DNA of 64,000 bases, taken from NCBI GenBank assembly GCA_043228905.1, contig JBHGNT010000004.1, positions 6,882,001 through 6,946,000 of the forward strand, given 5' to 3'. The number at the start of each line of letters is the position of its first letter. The stretch's first letter is position 1. Shown here piece by piece: positions 12,172-23,700 of the stretch. This DNA comes from Azolla caroliniana (Eukaryota > Plantae > Polypodiophyta). A program made the position numbers and the translations under genes. Under the pieces are notes generated by a model. It saw only the letters and a program-made list of their open reading frames with translations. It did not search any database and was not told the origin of the DNA.

Positions 12172-15100
12172 ACTCAAGCTAGAAAGAAAGGTACTTTAAA
12201 ATGTTCTCTCCCCCCCCCCCCCCGCAAAGCCCCTTTCAACATCTTTATATTTTTCTTGCTTATTTGTCGCTGGATAAATATAATGGCACTAACAACAATT
12301 CCATCACCTTGGGAATTCCAAAACCATCCTCTTTTGTGTATGCAAGCATGTACTGTCTGCTTAACTAACCTTATTGTATTTGTATAAGAAGTGTCTAAGC
12401 AGTCGTACATGTTAATGAATCGAAACAAACACTCCGAATTTGTATGTCTTATTCAACATACTTGCTTTATTAATAGAGCTATTGCCATGTTGAAATGAGG
12501 CATCTATTTTCTTGTCTTATCTAATAACTCAGCTACCTCATCTTATTGGAACTTTCTTGTCAATTTGATCGTTTAAAGAGTGATTTTCTTGTCAATTTGA
12601 CCTGCTACCCACAATGATATTTTTGGGGTGTTTAACAAACTAAATATTTCAAATCAACTAAAATCCACCGAATGGTTTAGATGTAACTCAAATTCCAATT
12701 GCACTAATTAGTGCTTTATACAGGACTACCTTCAATCAGACATAGCCTTCCATTAGGGTGTGCTTGTCTAAAAAAATATGAAGGGTCTGTGATGGTTCCA
12801 AACATTTCTGAGTTTATAAATAGATGTGACATTCCAGGAATTATAGATAGATCCCATGCTTGGCGTCATGTGACAGTGATAAGCTAAAGGCAGCTAAAAA
12901 AATGTAAGCATTGTTCCATCTCAACTCAATGAACTCATCTTTGCTCATTCCAAGGTTCTTTTGTGATTTTTTAGTTTCGGAAAATTACAACTTTTAGGTG
13001 TTTAGTAGCTTTATGACCATTGTTTCTTATATATTCTTACTGAATACATTTACTGTGTACGACATGAACTTTGATATCATTCGGCCAATATAAATTATGT
13101 TGAAAAATCAAGCATAATATCACAAGCTCCATGTGGTTTCCTGAGGTGTAATTCAGATTTTATTATTTGTTTTTATTTGTAATCAAGCATAACTATGTCC
13201 ATGCTTTGTAAAACTGTGAAACTTGAGGACAAATCACTCAGCAAAAAAATTGTAGAAAGAAGACTTACATTCCTTGTTTGCAGTTCATTATCATAACCAA
13301 GTCTTTTGTGAAACTATTTATAAAATTTCAGATCTCTTGCATTTTATTGTGAAGCATGATAAGATTGCTGTTTGCATGTTGCAAAATATGATTGCCTTAC
13401 TGCTAACATAAAACAATATTGTTGGAACTTGGCATGTAGGAGGTTAACGAGGGAATGTATTCTTAAGTAATCTTGATTCTTAGCAAATATCTTGACACTT
13501 TAACCTCATCAGACTAACAGTAAAAACATGAGATCTCTACGTATATTTTGCATTCATTCTCTTTTGCTACATCTTCCTTCCGTGCATAGAAGGCAAGTCC
13601 TCTCATATATATGCAGTTCCTCCTCCCTAACCTCTTACATAGCAAGTTTCTCTTCATGAATTCTTGCAAACCTTTCTACAAGGGCTTCAAATATCGTCAA
13701 GAAATCTTCACTTTTTAATCGAAGCAACTTGTATGTGTGGCATTTGTTGGAGTCATCTGGTGTGAATACTTAAAAATATCACCCACTACTTTACTAGGTC
13801 TCAGAAAATTTAATTGTATTACTAAGGTTGAAAACCACTTTGAGTCTTTTTGAGTTGGAGTTTTAAAACAAGGAAAAAATCTTTTACAGTGAAGCTCTCA
13901 TAAAAACAAGAGGAACCACTTCTATGTTAAACTCTACACACAACTCTCAATTGATTTGATGAGATACTCCAAAACAAAGCAACCCCAAACATTTTCTATC
14001 AAAATATAAGATATTGGTACATTTAAGATGACATAAACACTGTTTATAGGAACAATTATATACAATATCTTTGCAATCACAAGTACTATTTGATCAATCA
14101 TGTGGTTAATTGATGCACCGTATTCTCTCTTTCGGGTGTTGATTGGGGCATTTGGGAAAGTAATGAAATTTACAATGTCTGAATTACCATGAGCTTCTAT
14201 TGAACGTTGCTGCTTCACTTTCACATTAGTTTAAGAACTTCTATTTTTTTTCTTCTAAGCCTACACTTCATAAAGGAAATCCATGCTCTCATGGATATTG
14301 TAAGGCTAAACATTATTGTTGGAAATTAAAGGAGAGAAATCACCTTAGAGATTTACAACAAAGTAGAGGAAAAACTACCAATCTTAGAAACAAATTCATG
14401 ACTTTGTAACAAAAATAATTATCATAAATCTATAATATGTGAGAAATAGAAACATCAACAATTGCACCATGTAGTGGTTTCACGTCTATTGGGCATTTGT
14501 GCTCCCATGAATTGTTTGATCAGTTAGAGGAACCACTTGAAAGAAGTGTTGGACACATGTGTTGTGTTTGAATGGATTGTACAAGTGGTCAAATGGAACA
14601 CTCGAGAGCGGTGCACATTTGTGCTAATAGGTTTGCTAGTAAAGCTATGAGATACAATAACTTTGAGAAGAGAGAACTAAGAACATCAAGAGAGGAAAGA
14701 GGCATTAAATTTTCCACGAGGAAAATCACCTCTATCCACTCATTTAATGTCACTTAGAAACGATGCACAATTTGGAATAAGAACAAGAATATTTGCAATG
14801 TGCAAAGGGGATATAGAAGCCCAACAAAGCTCAAAACCTTTTTTACATTCTAAACAATCGACAATGTGCAAAAGTGAGATAGAACTACACATAATGATGA
14901 AAATGTGAAAAAACATGACCTAGACAACTTTTCATGGAAAACAATTAAAGTTATAGAATGTTGAAATAAAGCTTTGCTTGCTTATCCAAAGGATTAGTAT
15001 GAGAAAGGAGAGATTTCTAATGGAAGATAAATTGTCATGACATGAGAAAGGAACAAATTCAATAAATGATGGATGCAATGCTCATTAAGTTTTTCTTGGT

Positions 15101-17484
15101 GTATCAATATTGGAATTTTGTTGGAATATAGTATAACATGTCTACATCTATGGGTGATTTTATACCTTTGTAAATGTAGAGATCTTATTAGATTTTAGTG
15201 AATGATGGCTCCTTTTCCGTGAAATAGAAATCATTACGAATAGAGTAGCAAGAGAGAAAATGATTAAATCATTACATGAATATTCAAACAAGGAAAATAG
15301 GTGCAATACCTAATCACAATGTCCTTTGGGTAGGACAGAAAGATTAGGTCAATATGCCGAGGTAGTCATGATAGGGATAGGCATATAGATAGATCTCATA
15401 TATGTTGGTGACCTCAAAACATTGAATGAGTGGCTAATAAAATGTCAGAGATAAAAGTGAAGCAAAACTTCAGAATAGAGCATGGTACCAAAACGCTCAA
15501 GTTATATTATCCTTAAAGAAATCCAAATTATTTTAGTTATTATATTTGGCATTCATTGGATATTTTGGTCATCTTTTTTATAAGAAAATTAGGGGAAATG
15601 ATGTGGTTGTAAACAATCACACCTTATGAGTTGATTATGGTTACATTTGTTTTCCTCCCATAACTACCACATTTATTTAGATTGGCTCCCGCTTTAATTG
15701 TATCTCATTCGAGAGGGTTTGAAAATTACATAGAGTTTGACCATTTAGAGTCCATGTCGACCAATTGCCTATGCCTATACAAATCCTATGTTGTGTTTGT
15801 ATTATTATTCGTAGTGGTTTAGTAATTATGTAAACTTTGACATCCATTAGAATCTCATCTCATAATGGCATTAACCATTAAAACAAGGCTGGTAAAAATG
15901 TAGAGGAATTACGCATGCATGTGATCCAACTTGCAAGAACTAGGTCTGCATAACATCCAATAGAATAATATAAAATGGGAATCGCACACAAATGCACAAA
16001 CAAAATTGTTTAAATATTAGATACTGCTTATACACTTCCTCAACATTTTTCGATTGCAACCTTACACAAATATTTGAGGAAACAAAATCACGGCCAAATA
16101 CTTACACATCGTTTTCCTTTTCTTCTCAGTTTAGGATCCACATATCCAAAAAGTAATTGATTGAACATGACCTGGGATAGTAGTGGTTTGAATTAATAAT
16201 TTACAGTGCTCATCATCATAGAGATGCTATGGTTGTGAGCAACAAGAACTATGTGGGCATCTTTACCAAGAAAAACTTTGGAAGTGTTCTAAAATCAAAA
16301 TGTTTAGTCTGACAAGATTATTGAACCAATTAAGAGAATCCTTAAAACTAGAAGTTGAATTTCACGCATCCTCAATCTATGGGCCCATTCGGTCGGCATT
16401 AAAGTACACCAATATGGTGTTAATTTTTGGAGGAATTAAGAGAAGAAAAATGCAAGAGACCAAACTCATGCAGCTTCAGTAAAGGATCCATGCCTAAAAT
16501 CAAAGTTTAAATCTAGAAAGGAAGCTTCCAATTGTGTTATACAACACTCAAAGTCGATATCGATGACTACTGGTACCAGCCAATAAATGCACCAGGTCCT
16601 TGATACTGACGCAAAACAAAAATAAAATCGATACATTTTCTTTTCCAAAACACTGCTAAATAGATGTTTGTATTGGGGAGCAACCTGAGTTTAAGAGGAT
16701 TCAGTATTACATGTTAACCCCACTGAAGGTTGACTCTTAATGGTTAAACCTTAAAGAAAGTGAAGAAAATGTCTATATCGCTGTCGAACAGTGGCTAGAT
16801 ATTCTACAATACTATAGTAATTGTATTAACCATGAATCTGTAAAACAACTGTACAAATCTGTGATGCAAAGAAAATGAAAAAAATCCTGAAGGTCGGACA
16901 GCTTAGGAAGCAGACTGTCTTATGCTTCCACATCAAATCACGACCCAGAGAAAAAACATATACAAAAGAATATTTAACAATTCTTCACCTAAAAAGAACA
17001 CACACATACAGAATAGAGAGAGAGAGAGAGAGAGAGAGAGCTATCCATCAGTAGATAGTCATTTATAACCCCCCATATTTACCCATTAGTATATCCCAAG
17101 TTTTCTCATCTCTCCTGCATCTTTTTATTTGACATGTTCTTTCATTCACACATACATACACACACACATACATGTATGTGTATGTATATATCTGTGTCAT
17201 CCTGTACTCCTTGTATGCACTGAAAATCTACAACTTGTTTGAATTTGGTTTTTGGTTTTTTTGGTTTCCTTCTTTTATTGCTGCTTTTTTGTTTTTGTTA
17301 CCTCTCATCTGTCTGTCACGGCGATTTATGAACACTTGGGGAAGACTCTTCAAACAAAAATATTTACCATCCAGCAGCACATGTATCAGAAGGGTTTTCT
17401 CACATTGTGGTTTGTACTGAACGGTTAAACAGGAAATCGTATGTACACACGAAATTTCTCCATCAATAGATCACTCTGAAGCTT

Positions 17485-17651
17485 TCACTTGATATTCATC
17501 GATGCGGCAATCGCTCTCAACTCTAAGGCAACCTCTGTGAACGATGGTCTTTCTTCGGGATTCCCCGACCAGCATTTCTCCATAAGTTGTCGCCAACCAG
17601 GATCACACCAAGTCGGTGTGGATGGCCTTAGTGTGTTGTCCACTATGCCAC
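17485..17651 (-). CDS. B4 Raf-like kinase exon 8 (terminal)
   Basis: GIVDNTLRPSTPTWCDPGWRQLMEKCWSGNPEERPSFTE; acceptor catgtAG; TGA at 17485-17487. Confidence 0.93.
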
Positions 17652-17774
17652 CTACATGTGTGACATGGATAAGAACCAAGGGTCGTATAAAATACGAGTA
17701 AATTGTAGCATTATGACTGAACGCCTCTAAGTCAGATCACCATGCGACAAGCATCATATAGAAAGTACCCTTAC

Positions 17775-17862
17775 GTATGATTGCTCCAAATTGCATACTA
17801 GCATATGGCTCCTCTCCGGTTAAAAGTTCCCACATCACAATACCAAATGAATACACATCAAC
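17775..17862 (-). CDS. B4 Raf-like kinase exon 7
   Basis: [29 protein letters not shown]; 88 nt; donor GTAAG. Confidence 0.93.
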
Positions 17863-17974
17863 CTGTTTTATTATTTTGAGAAAGAAAAGATATGCATATA
17901 TATATATATTAGTTTCTTTGAGCCCACTAATTCCTGAAGAACATATATCTTATTAGTGAACCATGCATACATAC

Positions 17975-18097
17975 CTTGTCTGTGACCATCTTCGAGTTGC
18001 CACTTAATAACTCTGGAGCCATCCATGGAAGTGTCCCACGGACACCACCTGATACGAGTGTTTGATGTTTCACTTTCGAAAGCCCGAAATCGCCAAC
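17975..18097 (-). CDS. B4 Raf-like kinase exon 6
   Basis: [31 protein letters not shown]; 123 nt, AG/GT-bounded. Confidence 0.95.
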
Positions 18098-18203
18098 CTA
18101 AGAAATGAATGTTTCAATGATAGGAATCAACCATGTTGCTATCAGACGAGATTTACCACCCAATACAGCACCCCTGGAGAGAATAGTAATAACTTATGAT
18201 TAC

Positions 18204-18351
18204 CTTGCAGATGGGGCGATGGGCATCCTTCATGTTGACTAAAAGATTCTCGCATTTCAAATCAAAATGGACAATGTTTTTACTATGCAAATACTCCATT
18301 CCAAAAGCAGCATCCATGGCAATAACGAGACGTTTTCGGCGATCAATAGTC
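18204..18351 (-). CDS. B4 Raf-like kinase exon 5
   Basis: [30 protein letters not shown] catalytic loop; 148 nt, phase consistent with exon 4. Confidence 0.95.
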
Positions 18352-18444
18352 CTATAACAAAAGGCCATTACTACGAAGTTCCAAAACTAAATGAGCCAAG
18401 TAGACGAGAAAATACATTTGCTGATAACAAGTCTGGCAAAAAAC

Positions 18445-18608
18445 CTGTCCTTTTTCTGCAAGACTTGCTTCAGAGAGCCGTTCACCATGTATTCAGTCAC
18501 TGTTGCAAGAGTTCCATCAGGGCCATCAGGCACTATACCATAGAAAGCAACAACATTGGGGTGATGCAATTGACCTAGTGTACATGCTTCCTTCCAGAAG
18601 TCCGAGAT
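18445..18608 (-). CDS. B4 Raf-like kinase exon 4
   Basis: [46 protein letters not shown]; 164 nt, AG/GT-bounded. Confidence 0.95.
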
Positions 18609-18690
18609 CTGAGTTCAAGAATGCACAAAAAGATCAGAGGAAGGAGCAACATCTCAGAAAAGTGACCACCTTTCTTTGCTTTTGGCACTA

Positions 18691-18867
<177 letters not shown>

Positions 18868-19041
18868 TTAAACATTTCCTTTAGAATCATTCTGTATAAT
18901 GAAAAGAAAAAAAACACTTCAATTTTTTGCCCATCCAGCATCAAGAGTATTGGTATACGCTGTATAATCTTTGTCAAAGTCTCAGCTCTAACAGGCATGC
19001 GTAGGGTGTTCCTATCATGTCCTATAGTTTAGATGAAGTAC

Positions 19042-19122
19042 CTGAAGCCCACGTGCTCTTGCTTCTTCCTCAGGCTCCTTAGTTTCTTCTTTACATAGCT
19101 TCTCAACTTGTGAATCATCTGC
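19042..19122 (-). CDS. B4 Raf-like kinase exon 2
   Basis: AG/GT-bounded, 81 nt, ADDSQ...EARARGLQ; GLQ|IIKN is the usual B4 Raf junction. Confidence 0.85.
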
Positions 19123-19224
19123 CTGCATTTCCGAAAATACAAGGTCACAACTAGCGGTTATATTTTTTGAAGTGAAGGCATGGTGATTCTTAAATTGAAA
19201 TAAGATTCAATATCAAATGGGTAC

Positions 19225-22200
19225 CTGATGTGATAGCACAACGCTGCTTCCTAGTTCTGGTCTTTCTTCAAGCTCTAAATCAGCAGGACTCTTGTGTTTC
19301 TCAATTATTGAAGATTGTGTTTTTTCTGATTCAATCAGTTCAGCTGTTATATCATTTTCTGGACCACATTCATGGTGTGGCTCTTTGTTACAGTCATGAT
19401 CCCCATCCAAGGATGTAATGGTGACAGTCGAGATCCTGTCATCTACTTCTGATGCCAAAGTCATTTTCTCAGTATTATCCATTTCAGTTGCTGATAATGA
19501 TCCAAACTCACTTTCCAAGAAGGAAAACTTGGTCATTCTGATAATACTCTTGTCATAAGTGGGAGACTCAGAAATACCATCCAAACTATCAATACTTAGG
19601 GAGGTCAGGGGGATATCCTTATGTTTCACATGGGGAGTTACAGTCTCTGACAAATGACTATTTCCCAAAGATCTCTCTCCTTCTAAGGCCGGTGGCTTTG
19701 TAGCCGCAGATGCAGCATCAACAACCTCTAGTGGATGAATTGAGACATCTGGTGGTACCTCGCATTTATCATCACTTTGAAGTTCTAAGTTTCCGTGGTC
19801 ATATACAGATTTCCTCAAAGCCATGACAATTTCATGAGACTTATGAGCACTGACTTCCATCAAAACAGATCTAGGAATGAAATTTTCTTTACCCTCTTCA
19901 TGAATCTCACTCTCCACCTCTCTGAACTTGTTTACTTGCATGTGACGTAATGGGACAGGATTAACATCTTGCTCACTATTCCATGGATCATGCATCTCCA
20001 CTGAGGTGGTCAATGATGCTAACTCTGGATTTGACTCAGTTCCACGAGTAGAGAATGGTTGCATGGACCGAATACCTTCCGACACCAAAGGCCTTGTTCC
20101 AGAAGGTGTTGGTTTCCATCCATGCAATATTCCAGCCCTCATTGATGGAGATTCGAGTTCTCCTTGTAGATGACATGGCCTATATAATATTGACTGGCCA
20201 TCAATGCACTTTTCATCTGTAAACTCTCCTCCTCTATAGTCATCATCCTTTGGAATCTGAATGTTAGGGAAAGGTCTCACAACTCTTCCACTCTCGACTT
20301 CAAATGCTTTCTGATGTGAGAAGCATTCATTCACCATATGATCTTGTTTGTCATAATATCCTGGATTTCCCAAAATCTTGTTCCCTGGATGCTTCACATT
20401 ATCGAAACCACCTGTTCCTTGACATGCCTCTTGAGAGTCAAGGGTTTGTAATGTAAAATTCCTGGAGTGGCTCTCTGCCAAGTAATCCATAGGATGAGGC
20501 CTTTGATGCATATACTGACCAGGGGTATGAGACGCTTGCTCTCTATGTTCTGATTCGGCAGTCTCTTGGGAATCAAGGGTTCGTAATGTAAAATTCCTGG
20601 AGTGGCTCTCTGCCAAGTAATCCATAGGATGAGTCCTTTGATGCATATACTGACCAGGAGTATGAGACGCTTGCTCTCTATGTTCTGATTCGGCAGTTCC
20701 GATTAGATGAGGCCACATAGAGGTATCAGTAAAGGAGCTTCTATTATCACAAAATCTGGATGAGTTGAACACACCATGTTTCCTCAGTGTATGTTCCCCG
20801 ACAATATGTCCTGGCCATCTACTAGCTGTAGATTGCTCATCAATGCAAACAGTTATTCCACGGTGTACCAATGCATGTTGCAAACCACAAGGGCACCTTC
20901 CTTGGTGATCACGAATTGAACCCCTTGGGGGATCGATTTGGTATGGTGGTGCCGGAATTACCCCATGTGGAATTTGTGGATGAGGTGGGTATAAACTAGG
21001 CAAGGGTGCATGGTTATGATATTCGCCATTCCACGAGCCTTTGTCATGTGCGACCACGACATGGTGTGGATGATGTTGAGATGGGTAATTATAGTGCTGA
21101 TTGTGGAAGGCTTGTGCCTGCTTGTGCATGTCTTGAGTTCGATGCTCAGCTCTCCCTAAACCAGTGTCAATCTGTATTTTCCATGAATGTTGCTGCTGTT
21201 GTGGAATATACTGTGCATGATAATGATGATGGTGTTGCTGTGGGATGTACTGTTGCTTCTGAATAAGCCTCTGATGGTCTATCTGAGACAAATGAGCTTC
21301 GGATGATTGGTGTTGGGTATTATCATGCCGGTACTCCATCGTTCCATGTGAGCTTGTTCTATAATCCATTATCTGTGGTGATTGATGTGTTATGCTGGAT
21401 AAAGAATCCAAATGAGGCATACCTTGTCTTGATATCAAATGTTCATGGTGCGAAACCCTCAGTGAATCTGCAGCCCCACTCATCTGGCGCTCTAAATTAT
21501 GCTGTTCAGGATGGAATTGATAATGTTCATGATACAAAACCCGAGAGGAACCACCTGAAATGTCAGCCTCCAATAGATTTCCCTCGAATCCACGGGCGAT
21601 AGAAGCCATTTTGCTTGGTTGGTCATTTAGGGCTTGATGGCCCATATCATCCAAGTGGAGATTCTCAGCTGGCACTCCATTTACAGCATTGACAAACCTC
21701 TGCTCCGAAGTGTGAGAAACATCTTCTGCATCTAGTGCCAGCGCTGGAGAAACCTCGACCTCAGCAGGGGAAGAGAAGAAGAAAAGCCGAATCCGAGAGG
21801 TCGTGGCTCCACTCGATTCGACCTTCTCATATTCTTCCATCATGTTTTGCATATCATCATCAGAAGAGACAGAGACCAAGGCATCTAGATCCTCATCAGG
21901 GAGCTGATACTTGAATCCAAGGGGCGAGCCATAAAACTGGCCCATCTTCAACATAAACTCGGCGAACTGAATCCCTCTATCGATGGCTACCATCCTGGTT
22001 TCACCACCGCCATATCTAAGCTTCCCATCTCCGGGGCGAGGCATGATTCGACCTCCATAGCTACACATAAGCCTGACACGAGCCGAGGATGGGCTCTCTG
22101 CGGATGATGGCCGCTCCGATGGATGGCACCCGGACATCAACGAGGTATTTGAATGAATTCCCGCAGCATCCCCATCCAATACAGACAAGCTGATGTCCTC

Positions 22201-22494
22201 AATGACTACCGAGGGGAGAACGCGTGGGGGGTGGTTGCCATATCCAACGCGGAGTTGGACATCGGGTGTTGACGACAGGGATGCCGGGTTACTAGTGCCT
22301 CCATGGTTGAGAGGGGCATGGAGGGAAGAAGCATCAGGGTGCTCCTCTGAGAGGGGGGGGTGGATGTGTTGTGAGTCATGACCAAGAATGATGGTTGGGG
22401 GCGAGAAAGAATGGGGGGAGCCATAGCCGGTGGGGAGGAGGAGACCTGGAGAGGCGACAGTGGAGGAGGAGGAGGAGGAGGAGGAGGGATCCAT
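19225..22494 (-). CDS. PB1-domain B4 Raf-like MAPKKK, exon 1 (PB1 plus long His/Gln-rich linker); alternative in-frame ATG at 22596
   Basis: PB1 motif RVRLMCSYGGRIMPRPGDGKLRYGGGETR...KYQLPDEDLDALVSVSSDDDMQNMMEEY. Donor CAG|GTAC at 19225/19224. Spliced product is about 1397 aa from ATG 22494. Confidence 0.88.
20428..20697. repeat. In-frame 2 x 135-bp tandem duplication inside Raf exon 1
   Basis: 45-aa unit TAESEHREQASHTPGQYMHQR(T/P)HPMDYLAESHSRNFTL(R/Q)TLDSQE; five nt differences counted. Confidence 0.95.
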
Positions 22495-22949
22495 GGTGGT
22501 GTTCTGAGAAAATTGTTGTCTGCAGAGGATCCCGAGCGGGAGCGGGGAGGGGCGGAAGCGCAACGGCTCGTGGTGGTGGGCGAGGCAAGTCTTCATGGCC
22601 GGATAAACATGGGGATAATGGTGGAACAAAGAGGGGGTAGTAGAGGAGCAGGGCTACCAGGGGGGGATCTGCGATTGAAGATTCGATGAGAGCTATGGTT
22701 CGGCATGAGCCGCAGAGGCTGGAATGGAGGAGGAGAAGGAGGAACCTCTGTCTCTCTGTGTCTCTCTGTTCCTGGTTCTGTCTCTGCTTCTTCTTCTTCT
22801 TCTTCTTCTTCTTCCTCCTCTGCTTCTGCTGTTTCTGCTTCTGCTTCATCTCGAAGAAAGAAGAAGAAAGAGAAGCGCCTAAACCATCCCCTTTAAAGCC
22901 CCCCCGTCCCGTCCGTTCTTGTTCTCCTCCACGTCGGATAGGCCCCAAA

Positions 22950-23382
22950 TGACGTGTCGCCACGTCTTCCTGACGTGGCAGATCTCGTGGCGGCCCCTTT
23001 GTGGTGCTTTCTCCTCCCTTCCCCTATCTTTTTGTCAAAGCCTGCCTATTTGCCCTCCTTTTCCCCGTGCAATCACCACGTGTCGGGACCCCCCTCCCAC
23101 GTCACGCAGGACTGCTTGGCGCTCCCCAGGCCACGTCATCCCCCCCCCCCGCTTCTCAGCTTGTGCCCATTCACCGTGCGTCCACGTCTGTCCGTCGACG
23201 TCCTACGTGGCTGGGTCCGTCCGAGGTGGCGTCGCTGGGGGCCACGTCATCCGTCCACGGCGGTCTATCCGACGTGGCGGGGCAAAAGCCGACGGCGCGC
23301 GCGCGCGCGCCACGTCAGAAAGGCCAGGGTGCTAAAACGTAACTCGGGAGAGAGAACGCTCCAATAATGCGTGGCCACGTGC
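22950..23382. promoter_or_regulatory. GC-rich promoter of the Raf gene with an ABRE/G-box (ACGT) array
   Basis: 14 ACGT cores, 10 matching ACGTG(G/T)C on either strand, in a CpG-rich island immediately upstream of the minus-strand gene. Confidence 0.75.
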
Positions 23383-23611
23383 GCAGAGCTAAACGACAAA
23401 AACGCAAAAGAAAACAAGAGCGCCTTTTTTTTTCTTTTCTTTTAATTATGTTTTGTTATTTTATTGATATATCCTGTTTTTCTTCTTTCTTCTTCTTTTT
23501 CCATCAACATAAAACCATGGCCATGGATTTTATTTTATTTTTTAATATAATATATACATCCACACACACACACACATATACATACAGTACATGGATTTAT
23601 TTATTTATTTT

Positions 23612-23615
<4 letters not shown>

Positions 23616-23673
<58 letters not shown>

Positions 23674-23700
23674 CACACACACACACATAACATATATATA
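23616..23700. repeat. (TA)n/(CA)n compound microsatellite
   Basis: Direct reading. Confidence 0.95.

Noticed and set aside
13500-16500. Possible decayed DNA-transposon or gene remnants between MBD and Raf
   Set aside because: Only short broken frames; no motif I could assign with confidence.
22919-23367. Several 110-140 aa plus-strand ORFs over the GC-rich island
   Set aside because: Stop scarcity follows from high GC; no recognisable domain; region is better explained as the Raf promoter.
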